From assembly GCA_043228905.1 (NCBI GenBank), contig JBHGNT010000014.1, positions 11,098,001 to 11,162,000 of the forward strand: a DNA stretch of 64,000 nucleotides. Reading direction: 5' to 3'. The translations under genes and the position numbers were made by a program. Each line of letters opens with the position of its first letter. Position 1 is the first letter of the stretch. Positions 39,658 through 51,625 of this stretch are shown in pieces. This DNA comes from Azolla caroliniana (taxonomy: Eukaryota; Plantae; Polypodiophyta). The notes beneath the pieces are model-generated. The model saw only the letters and a program-made list of their open reading frames with translations, did no database searches and was not told where the DNA came from.

Positions 39658-42600
39658 ATGTCTTCTAAGAAGAGTGAGCGCCAAGATTCCAAGTAAGCAC
39701 CTGGCTGTACTGGCCTTTTTTGTAAATATGGTTTTAGCACTCAAGAACTTGATACAGGGTATCGAGTTCTTGTATAAAACACTCTTATTAAACATGAACT
39801 CGATACGGTGTATCGAGTTCCTGTTTAAATCCCCCACTTTATACAGGAACTCGATATGCCATATCGAGTTCCTGTTTAATGTGGGTGTTTTATACAGTAA
39901 CTCGATACGGCGTATCGAGTCCCTGTTTAATAAGAGTGTTTTATACAAGAACTCGATACCCTATATCGAGTTCTTGTATAAAACCCTCTTTTTTAAAAGG
40001 AAGATTGTGTCTATGGGGGAACTTAATGATATATGTGTGAAAAGATACCAATTTTATGTCCAATTCAGACATTTTTAGTGACATTTGCTACATTTTGTAA
40101 CATTTAGCGCCCTTATTGAAACAGGTTCTATGACCTATAATAGCTCGATACGCCGTATCGAGTTACTATTTAAATCCCCCACTTTAAACAGGAACTCGAT
40201 ACGTTGTATCGAGTTTCTGTTTAATAAGAGTGTTTTATACAAGAACTCGATACCCTATATCGAGTTCTTGTATAAAACCCTCTTTTTTAAAAGGAAGATT
40301 GTGTCTATGGGGGAACTTAATGATATATGTGTGAAAAGATACCAATTTTATGTCCAATTCAGACATTTTTAGTGACATTTGCTACATTTTGTAACATTTA
40401 GCGCCCTTATTGAAACAGGTTCTATGACCTATAATAGCTTAAAATAATAGAAAATAACACACGAATTACCTTTATGATTCCAAATTCAAACCTATCGTAT
40501 TAAAATTCTCAACAATATGGGATATGGAATCAATATAAACCATACCTACCCTCCAATATGATACATATCCTTGTAAAATTATTAAGATATATAATTTTCG
40601 AAGTTGAATAGCCCTTACTAAATTTAAATTCACAATAAAGGTCTATCCTGCTCATAGAAACTATGATTGATATTTAGAGTTTAGCACAAATCGCTTGCTA
40701 GTTTTTGTCTTGGTCTGCTTATGTATATTTTAATAGGTAACCTTAATCTAGGGAACCAACTAACCTATATTTTCGCACGTCCTTTCTTAAATAGGTCGTT
40801 TGAGAACTTGTCGGACCTAGAAACAAATAGTTCCTCAGAACATGAAGAGAGGAAAAAAACTTCTCTTCAACGAGGAAACAAAATCTCAACCATCAAACAG
40901 AATTAGCCAAAAGGAAATGTTAGCTGCTACTGGTGGTGAGGACCTTCCTGACTGTGATCTAACGGACAAGGAATGGTGTATGCAGTACGTCGACTCCAAG
41001 AAAAAAGTCGTGTTGTATACGGCAAAAAAGAAGGGCGATGGTCAACTTGAAAAAGACATTGCATTTATGTATGGCTATATTTTACGATTTGACTACGAAG
41101 ATTTAGATTCGGCCAACATTCTTGTAATTATAGAGTGCTCAAAGGGGGTACGTAAAGTGTACCTTTCTGAAGATCGACTAGTGAAGGAATCTTGTGGGCC
41201 AGAATCTTTTAAAAAAGATCTACAAAGCTCACAAAATCTTATTATCACCTTGAGGCCTTATATACAAGGCCATGTAACTCTAAGGGAGCACTTTCCCTCC
41301 CCGGTGAAGGCCCCAAAAAGGGCATTTAAAGTGCAATCAAGACCAGCAAAAAAGAAGACCACTAAAATGTTGGACTCTGACTCATCAAGCTCAACGGAAG
41401 ATGAGGACACTAGGGGGACGCCAGGTGCTGAGTTGGCATCTGGTGTGTTGTCATCTAAGTAGAATAAGATACGGAGAGAGTTAATGCAGCGCAAACTGGT
41501 GAGAAATGGGCAAGTGTTTAATTTGCCTATAACACACATCCATTGGCCCCTAGTAGATGTAAAAACAGGACGAAGACCACTGAGATCAGAGAGCCACACC
41601 GAATGCATGTCTAGAATCTCAAGAAAAAAAGGAAAATAAATCAGCATGCTACAGTTATGCCTTTCATTGTGATGGTAGGTAGATCCCGAAGAATGTTCCA
41701 CAACTAAGGACTTCAACATGAGAAAGCATGATCAATACAATTACTTTGTAATTGGTGGATCACATTCAGCTAAAGCACGCCGACAACTTGTTAGAGAGCA
41801 CCCAACGACTTTCTTCTTCAAGTATGCCGAGTGCAAAATATACTTGGGCCTCACAACTGAAGAGGCAAAGCTTTTGGCATGGGACCACAACAACGACAAC
41901 GACTATAGGCAAAAAATGGCATCTATTGAACGGATAAGGTTCTTCCACCATGAATACCTCGACATCAAACAAAAGTTTGGTGTGAAGCTGCACCCCAACC
42001 TACGACGTTAATGCCTTCATGAGGTCGGCATTGTGGTGGATGATAATGTTAAGTCGGATGGTCTTCGAAAATATGAGTCCTGGTTTCAACTTACCTTTAG
42101 AGATGTGGGAGAATAAGGAGGTCAAGGGTCAACGACAAAAGAAATGTAGGGTAGACCCTCAACTAGAATTAAAGTCACAAGCGGCCAAGAAAATTGATTT
42201 GACAATTGAAGAAGCGACTGACAACATGAAGCTGTCTCTGTGGAGAGCGATGCAAGGTATTAAGGACGAGCAGCTTCTTGTGTCTGTTTTGTCAAGGGTT
42301 GTGGCGAAAGAATTAAGCCTTGCAGAAATGGTCACTGAGTTCAATAAGTCTTTCAAATAGTGATATTGAATTCAATATGGTTCAATTGAAAGTTCTAATC
42401 TCGTTTTCTAATTTCACAGTCATAAGGTGTACATGAAGATCCAAGAAGTTATGATGAAACAACTTGGATGTATAACTTCGGAACAAGTGATCGAGGATTA
42501 TCCTCTAACATCTTCATATAAGGCGTTATCCGAGTATTTTATTGCATTCAAGGATTGGGTTAGTATTGCTGTTTTTCATTAAGTTTTCCTCATATGTAGA

Positions 42601-43930
42601 GGTTGTGTAATAATACTTGATGTCTTATTGCTTCTATTAGAAACCGTGTCGTGGCAAGAAACAAGGAGAAGTGAAGGATATACATGATTTCCCGACATCC
42701 TTCCTTGCACATCACGAGAGAGCTAGAAAAGAAAAGGATTGTCACTTAGTCAAGGCGTACGAAATTGAGGAAGATGGCTCCTTCAAAAAAATTAGCCACA
42801 AAAAGGACATTACTAGAGATCTTTACTACAACGTGATTTGCGGCGATGACGTTGACATGATCCAAAAAGTGCCAAAGAAGGAATATACGCTAATGATTGC
42901 TGATATTCCATACGGATTTCAAATGGCAGGGTCATCATACGACGATGAACCTTTTAGGTTCAAACAATTAGAGAAGATGGTCAAGGATTTTGATGAGCTA
43001 ACGATTGCATCCTTGTGGAGGATAGTTGTCTTTCATAGTATGGACCAAGGGTACTCGGTAGCTCAAGCTTTGAGATCTCATTGCCATGGCATCGAGAACC
43101 TTTCATGGTAAGGATTATTTATAAGTCTCATTCACTATATTGCCTTTCTTAATATTGTTCAGTCTATTCTTAACTCAATGCAATATTTGTTATAGGATAA
43201 AAACCAATGTCAATAGAGGGCCAACCTTTCGGTTCGTAAATGCCATTGAATACATTACGGTTGGCTACTTCGATGAAATAAAGAAACAAAGAATCAAGGA
43301 GCATTCTAATGAAGTCGGAGGTTCAAATATGTTGGTATATCCAGCAGTGACACGGAAATTGCGACATGTCACCACGATAGAATGGGGACTTGTCAACCCA
43401 TACCAAAAACCTCAACGACTTATGATGCACTTGATTGAGATTTTTCTGTAGAAGGAGATTGGATATTAGACCTTTTTTCTGGCATAGGTATGCCTCGAAC
43501 TAGGTTAACGATCTTGAGATAACCAGTATTGATTCTTTTTGTTTGAAAACCAATTCTTCTTGTTGCTTTCTTCATAGGGACAACGTCTACATGTGCATTG
43601 AAGCTCTTCAGAAACACGGTTGCATTGGAGAAGGACGAGAAGCAAGTTATATTTATAAACATGAGGATTAAGGCTTTGTGGGAGTGCCCAAACCAGGACG
43701 AGGAGGTCGGTGCAAAGAACCTCGTTGATACTGAAAGGTTTCAACCTGTTTCGCGAGAGCCTATTCCTCCGTTAGCCGGGGAACTGAGGGAGCTAATAGA
43801 GCTTGATGATGATCTTATAGAAGATATTACGTTGGCTCGGCTAACAGGGGAAGACAATGCACGTATAGCCGAAGAGACTTTTATAAGAGATGAAGAAGAA
43901 AATGACATTGACGATTTGATTGTTATGTAA
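39658..43930 (+). pseudogene. ParB/Srx-like domain fused to beta-class N4-cytosine/N6-adenine DNA methyltransferase, spliced, disrupted
   Basis: ParB-like YFVIGGSHSAKARRQL..EEAKLLAWDHN; MTase MIADIPYG (motif IV, 42902-42913), W-I-K, NPYQKP, WILDLFSGIGTT (motif I), ALEKD; GT-AG introns 39693-40794, 42348-42419, 42559-42640, 43108-43195, 43488-43577; stop at 41460 and frameshifts. Confidence 0.85.
39745..40275. repeat. array of 8 palindromes AACTCGATAC-NNN-GTATCGAGTT, 51-bp period, in intron 1
   Basis: Units near 39747, 39797, 39848, 39899, 39950 and 40142, 40193, 40244; 294-bp tandem duplication. Confidence 0.93.
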
Positions 43931-44429
43931 TAGACTCTTTTGTTGACGAAATGTATTGTTTGGAATTCACATTACTAATATAAATTTTGGGTTCTACTTG
44001 GTGTATTCCATTCTTTATATTCTTCTATATGTTTCAATTTTATTTCTATATACTTGGTTTGTTGACTTATGACATTGGTTTCACCGCGTGTATTGCTGAC
44101 TACCAATATGGAGAAGCATGAATTAGTTTACATTAAGGCTTATTTCGGTCAAACTTTACCTTAACATAACATGCTCGTAGAATTGTTGCCATGACTATCC
44201 ATGTTGTTATTTGCGATCAATTGTCAAGATTGTCATTCCGTGTCTAATATATACCAGTCCATATATTATGGACCTTTGTCTTCTATTGCTAAACTATTAT
44301 GTTTCTCTTCCATTGTTGCTTAGATTGTGTAGTGTGTTGATAATGGTTCCACTAGCGTTATCTGCATGTTTTTATACGGTTGTAGTTCCACTAGCGTTAC
44401 CGTTCGGAGTTTGATCCCGTGTGAATCAC

Positions 44430-45022
44430 CTAAGGAATAGATTAGATCAATTTTAAATACAAGTATTGAAAGCCTTAATAGGTTTGTTATTTCCATCACA
44501 TTATCCTAAAGTTCATTGTCTTACATTGTCCACAATTATATACATATGTTTTGATCCCATGCGAACAAACTAAGGAATAGATTAGATCAACTTTAAATAT
44601 AAGTATTAAATACCTTAATAAGTTTGTTATTCCAATCACATTATCCTAAAGTTCGGTATCCTACATTGTCCACAATTATATACATACAGAATGGGTCAAA
44701 GTATAAATTATAACTCATTTTATTGGTATGGTTACAAGTACACCTCATATTTTTGTAAAACTTACCAAAATAATATAAGTCTTTAACTGAGTGTTTTCCA
44801 TGTCGCACATTAGGGAGATATTGAGCCATTGTTGAACTTTATTATGCCTACATTAACTTATCAACACATGGTTACAACTCATTTTATTAGTATGGTTACA
44901 AGTACACCTCATATTTTTGTAAAACTTACCAAAATAATATAAGTCTTTAATTGAGTGTTTTCCATGTCGCACATTAGGGAGATATTGAGCCATTGTTGAA
45001 CTTTATTATGCCTACATTAACT
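44430..45022. repeat. two adjacent tandem duplications (~140 and ~164 bp)
   Basis: ctaaggaatagattagatcaa at 44430 and 44570; aactcattttatt at 44712 and 44876. Confidence 0.85.
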
Positions 45023-45379
45023 TTAAGGGGGAATCTGATGCAGCTGAAAGATCTCGATCAAAGTTCTTGTTGAAATGGGGTAATTCTCCTATGGTCGGCA
45101 ACTCATCATCAGGGCCTCGATGGCACTACCAAGCACCCCGATGGCTGTTTCCCCCAATAGTTTCCAACAGCGTCTAGGTGCTGTAAATTTGTATAGTTAT
45201 GGTACAAATAACTAGGTTATTGGAGTTGTTTGGATACGTTTGTTGAAAATGAGGTGGGGACTATGTCCGTTTTGGTGGGAAGGCCAGAGTGAGGGCTGTT
45301 GAGAGGAATTTTGAGAGTTCTATGATGTAATTTTGTTTGCTAACTAATGCGAAGCAGTATTGTTTTGGAAAAAAAAAAA
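45023..45379 (+). mobile_element. 5'-truncated LINE 3' end with poly(A)
   Basis: Matches the reverse complement of ~62000-62305; A-run 45369-45379; short aactt TSD. Confidence 0.85.
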
Positions 45380-45554
45380 CTTATCAACACATCCAAATTT
45401 ATTTGAATTTCTAATGTTCTCCATTTGGAGACTTATCATGTATTTTTATATTTGCAAATTCTAATTTAGTTGTGGAACATGTGATACTAGTGCATTCAAT
45501 TTTTGTAGAGAGGGTATATTTGGATATTTTCAAGAAGATTCTACAAGTTGAATG

Positions 45555-46020
45555 CGCGATCCTTCCACTTGTGAACGCGAACGTGTTGACTATTGTCAAG
45601 ATTAGTACTAGATATAGAGAGGAGAGAGAGACTGTGAGAGAATCACGAGAGAGAGGGAGGGAGGGGGAGAGAGAGAGAGAGAGAAGTACGATAACAAGAA
45701 GTATATTATATGAAGGGGAGTACAAGGATAGGAGTAGCCAAGTGGCTTACGATTGGCGTTGAACCGAATTTGTTGTGAATAGTACAATGTGCCTCTATTT
45801 ATAAGGTTTTCAAGAGTATTCCTGAAGTTTTTGGTAGTTTCTAGAGTATTCTTGAAGTTTCTAGAATGTTCCAGAGTATTCTAGAATATTCATGAATTTT
45901 TCGGAATGAAATAACAAATGAAAAATTTTATGTATTATAATAGTTATCTTATTGTTAAGACCTTGACCCTTGTACAATAAGGTCACGGGTTCAATTTCTA
46001 TTTGAGGCTATATTATAACA
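45555..46020 (-). repeat. solo LTR (self-priming gypsy family) with tRNA-like cassette at ~45940-46012
   Basis: Starts TGTTAT on minus; TSD gaatg/taatg; TATA 45796-45803; tctagaatattc repeats. Confidence 0.72.
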
Positions 46021-46499
46021 TAATGATCAAAAAAGTAGGTTGATGTTAAAAGAGGATAACTAAGTATATATATAGGACAGATTATAAAAATCTTGAACGT
46101 CTCACATAAACCCAATTATATCCATTGGAAAGCAACAATAGCCTATCAAGAACGCATCCAAAAACCTATGAATATGAGGGAATGCTTAGAGATTTGGAGG
46201 GAAGAGAAGAGAAGAAAGATTTAATTTAGAAGAAGGGACTTAAGAAGAGTTTTAGCAAAAGGGGAAGAAATAGTGATGATGAATAGAGATGATGGGGAAG
46301 AAATAGTGATGATATTGATGGTTTGGTGTTGTTGTATTTAGATAGAGTCTTAAGGAATTGGTATTGTTTTCATAATAGTATATTCTAGTATTCTTTTCTC
46401 TTCCGCTTCTCTTCTCTATTTGTTTTTATCTCTCTTCATCACTTGCTAGTATATCTAGCTTGATGGATGATACATAATCAACTCTACTCAATATTTAGC

Positions 46500-49400
46500 A
46501 TATTGTTGTAATCTTAGGATCATGCACCAATATTGATATGTTTGCCATTTTGCATTCAATATGAGGATGTTCTTTTATATATGAATGGGTTGTTGATAGT
46601 GAATAACAACTATCTCAAACATGAGATGCTCAAATCGAAGGTTCTAAATGCAATTCATCTGCCCTATGCTCCGATGGAGATGGATAGAGATGTTGCTTGA
46701 TGCTATTTGGTATATAGAATACAAGCAATTATATCATGATTTGCAGAAGTTGCAAAAGTGATTTATGCACAGTCGTCATTATCACTATGAGGTAAACAAT
46801 GCTCCTCTAAAGAATTCTTTAAAAAATTACATAGTTCTAGAGAAAGAAACAATCACATGCATAAAAACTAAGGATGGAATTCATACTCATGATCAACAAC
46901 AACTTGCTTTTGAATGTGAGTATTGTTTCTCAAGAATCTTTGGGATGATTTTATGTGAGCTTCAGAGCTTTTAGGTGCCCCAAAAAATCCTCTTTTACAT
47001 ATCATGTCCATCTTTGACCAAGTAGAAACAAATAAGCTAGAATTACTCTTCACAAAAGGAGATTTATTGAAAGGTCTTAAGGAAATGGAAATCCTAGGTA
47101 TGGGATGAGATCATAGTAGAATTTATGGTTGAATGTTTACGATGTGCTAAAAGATTTCTTAATGTACATGATAAACAAATTATGGTAGGCATGGAGCCTG
47201 TTATTTTCTTGGAAAGTACAATTACACTTTTTCCATAAAGAAAGTTATGTGAGACATATGTCGATTGGAGGTTCATTATGCTTACATCAGTAATTTACGA
47301 CCTAGTGGACAAAATATTAGCAAAATAAGAATCAATGAGCCTCTAGTCAGAACAAGATATACTTATCAACAAGTTGAAATAGAAAAAGCGTTTTAGTCAA
47401 TACTTAAAAGATTGGGATTGGGATCGAAAATCTCAAAGGTCATCTACTAGCCATACCAAGAAAGATCAACATCATGTATTCTTAACGGATATCTAACATC
47501 TTCATGATCATTATACAAATAAATGAGACAAGAGTCAATGATGGAAAGATTGGGATAGGGATGGAAAATCTCAAAGGTCATTTGGAATACCAAGAAAGAT
47601 CTACATCATGTTACAAATCCACTTTCTTCTACACAAGGACAAATTGGTTCATGTTGGTTTTTTCCAAGGTCTACATATGTTCGATGGTGAATATTTCTCA
47701 ATTTCAAGACTACATTATTGTTATATTGTGTATGTCTTGTAATGATCCACACAACATGCCCACTATTATGGACGCTTTAAAGGTATATATCATTGAAGGT
47801 TAAAAGTTGACTTTAGAAAATCTAAGTTACTACCTCTTAATATGTATTCATGGGACAATTAGTTATGGCTAGTAGAAATCATCACCTAAATTAAATTGTA
47901 ACGCTCTTATGGTATCCAATGTCCACCATGTTGGAAAATCACAAATAAGCCTAAAGGTGAATGATTATTGCATAAGGAAGAAAAAAATTAAGCAACTTGA
48001 AATTTGCAACATGACTACTTCATTTAAGATTAAGTAAGAGTAGACCAATCAGTTCTCTTACCATATATGCAATTCTACCTACCTTCAATCAATTGTTCTT
48101 AAAAGTAGCTTTAAAACTTCATGCAAATTATTGTAAAGGAGTTTTAGAAGGGAAACAATTTAGGTAAAGGTTTAAGATTGTTGTCACACAAGAAACCTTG
48201 CACAACAAAGTTGTTGGGAGGCTTGATTTGCCAAGAAAGCCAAAATGCTCATTAATTTGGAAAAGAAACCCAAACTCGGACAAAAATGTTTTTGGCAAAT
48301 GCACAAATGCAAGAAATCAAACTAATTTGGATCTTGGACCACTTGCCCTTTGGAATATAGTATTTGACAAGTATGGTGACATTATTCTACGATACCATTT
48401 GCCACAAATTTGATCCAAAATTGGAAGAAAGACGCACAACACATACAATGGAATAAAATGGGATCAAGAATCAAGATCTCTAAATTCAATTAAATTGGAG
48501 AGTGTTCACTAGAGTCATTTTTTCACTTCTACACTAATGGTTCAAGAACCCAAAAAGACATGTTTTATTTATAAAAAAAGGTGGTCATGAAGTTATTGAT
48601 TCAATGACATATTGAGGTCATTTGATCTAGTTCAATGTGGGAGCAAATAATCATAAATTGCATCAATCTAAAAAAGAAATTTGGAGAAATTTGGGATAGA
48701 ATAGTGGATTGGACCCATAATCTGGTGTCTTTTCCACCTCAAAAGACAAAATCATGCACACAATTGAAAGGTGGTTATTGGTTTCATACCTCTACCAATG
48801 AATCAAATTAAAGCCAACAAAGTATATCGACCGATTCTTCTTGCTCCATGGATAAAACAACAATAGAACCAAGTATCCACTATTGGTGAAAAAGGTTTTT
48901 AGCAAGAATTTAGCTCTTTGCTTCGCCATTAAAGAAGAATTCTTATTCTTATGGCGACATTTTTTCTTTCTTTTGCAAGATTCACCTTAGTATATTACTT
49001 CAAAATTATACATGAAGAAAACAGGAGGCATTTCTTTTTTGGAAAAAAAAAGGAGACATTTCATGTCATTTCTATCGTGATACAAAGGATAGTTGTCATA
49101 TATGAAACAAGTAAAGCAATAAACATCAGCTATGCAACATAAAAGAAGGTATGTCATAATTCCTGTTCAAACTAGAATTTGTATCTGAAAATAAGTGAAG
49201 TCCTTGCCATCGGTTCTTAAAGGCCACTTGCCTTTGCCACAGAACATCACCCGAACCCTGCAGATCATCATGGTGACCACATAGTGTGGACACCTCTCTT
49301 TGACCCCATTTCCTTATTCCATTTATCAATTCAAAATAAAAAGTCTGGTTATTTGGCGTACTATTACGTTGTTGGCTCTTTGGATAATATGGAAAACGAG

Positions 49401-49800
49401 ATGTGATTCTATTTTTGACAATGTTCACATACATCGACGCACTATGCTTATTCTTATGGCGACTTACCTAGGATTTTACCAATCGGGGTAAATCTGCAAC
49501 AAAGACACAAGGGCATAGTAAATGGGGAATCAGTTCAAAATCACTAGAATTGCCACAAACCACTTCTTGGAAAGTGCAATAGAACATCTCTGGGTTGCTT
49601 TGTAAGACTTCATTTTGGAAAGAACTTTTGGTTATTTGATCTCATTCCTAGAGACAATTGCCTCATAGTAGATCTAATTTTTTGAATGGGTACATTTTGG
49701 GATTATGGACTATATGGATATCACGTAAACCACATGCTCTTCAATCAAACCACTCTAGATCTCCTTCTTTGAGCATTCTCTTAGGCAATCATTACATGAT
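46500..49800 (+). mobile_element. highly degraded L1-like LINE
   Basis: Residual LLKGLKEM and LWIIWKTRCDSIF motifs; boundaries approximate. Confidence 0.55.
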
Positions 49801-51625
49801 TTTCTTTTGCTCCATGATATTTCCTTCGACAATTTTTATAATTTCTTTCAATGCTTTTGAGCATAGCTTTGTACATTAGTTTTTTTCAACGGTTCCCCCC
49901 CAACTTGAGGTTTCATACATGTAATAGAAATCACTAGTATAGGAAAAATAATGCCAACATTTTGACCACAGTGTGGCATAATTTGCATTCACTCAAAAAC
50001 TCATCATCATTAATCGAGCATTCCCATGGTTCGTCTTAAAACTATCGATATTTGTTACAATAGCTATAACAAATATGGAAATAACCACATTTAGAGTATG
50101 GACAACTCTTATTATACCATGAAATAACATTATTATTTTTTATAAAGACATTTGTATAGCATAGTGGAAATTTTAAAAAAAACAAAAGAGAAACAACTCC
50201 AAATTTGCACATTCATTTTTGCATCAAGAAATGATAGGCAAAGTAAAGTAACTATATGTATATATATATATGTGTGTGTGTATATATATATATATATATT
50301 GCAATAAATTTGACAAAGAGAATCATGCATTGTGTGGTTGGTGCAAAATAGTGTGTTCTTGTGTATCTATGGATGGCAAACATTATTTTGGGGCACAACG
50401 ACAAAAGTTACTGAAGAGCAAGGTTGTCAAGATGAAAGATAGTAATAAATTTTGGCATTTTGAACCTCTATCTTTATCTTTGTTCCACCAACTCACTTAT
50501 CTAGTATCTTTGTCGTTTTTTTCACCAACTCCCTTACTAGATAAGGGAGGGGGGTCTATGAGTTTACTTGAGCTAAACCCTAAATCTTGATATTGCAAGT
50601 GATTTACATGTAGCCAATTTGAAGACTCGGAGATGTATAATGGATTTCATGAATTTGCTTTATTGTGAAATCAATTCCCGTTATATGTACACTCATCAAG
50701 CCTAAAGGTGATGGTAGGTTTCAATTGGGAATGAGAAAGCAAAGTGAGGCTATTAAAATCATGTAACTAGTCAATGTTGCAAAACACTATTCAATTGTAT
50801 CACATATAAACACAAGCATGCACCAAGACATTATGATAGTATGGTACAACCCTATTGTACGAATGAGAGACATAATTACTCATTTCAAAGAGTCAAGTCT
50901 CTATATCACCGCAGTAAAGGGAAAATGATCATATCTGGGTCACACTTTTAACTAGGCCTAATATTATAGTTCTAAATTCACCAAATGTTTACGAGAACAA
51001 GACTTCTGAAGCACAATTATCATTAACAAGTCAATCCTCACATTAACACATTGCAGCTCGATATACTCTTTCATAAAGCAAGCTTTGTCACATTGATTTC
51101 GATCCATAAAGTGTGGTTTATGATGAGTGGATGATAAATCGTGCATTTTGTTGGTGCATTTTGTGGTTAAGGCTTTTGAATGAGAAGAGCTTCAATTGGG
51201 GGGTTGGTTTAGTCAAAATACCCTAGACAAAAAACACATAATATGTATATATTAGCTGACATGATGGATAGTGAAATATGCATTTGCATTCCACTCATCC
51301 AAAACCACCATCATCTTCATCATCAAATAGGCAAAAAAAATATACAGCATGCTAATCTTTGCATTTGCATAATCGCAAGGCATTGTTTAACCTTCTCCTC
51401 TACGAGCATAACTACAAAGCTTCATTTGATGGGCAATAGGCGATGCGAGTGATAGATGCACCCCCACATGTTGTCATCTTCAGATGTTTTCTTAACACAA
51501 GTTTCGAAGCATCGATACAAATGCACACACACGTGTGGTGGATCGATCGATCGGGTTCCCATTGAAATCTCACGAAAGAAGAGGAAGGAAGAAGAAATAG
51601 GGTTTGCCATTACCATGTGGTTGGG

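Noticed and set aside
39745-40275. CRISPR-like array (palindromic repeats with ~28-nt spacers)
   Set aside because: Spacers are related to or inverted copies of each other, there are no cas genes, and the array lies in a spliceosomal intron
39637-40372. ORFs on both strands with NSIRxIEFL repeats
   Set aside because: Artefact of the 51-bp palindromic repeat
39658-43930. Bacterial contamination as source of the methylase
   Set aside because: In-phase GT-AG introns, a TATA box and flanking plant retroelements show eukaryotic residence
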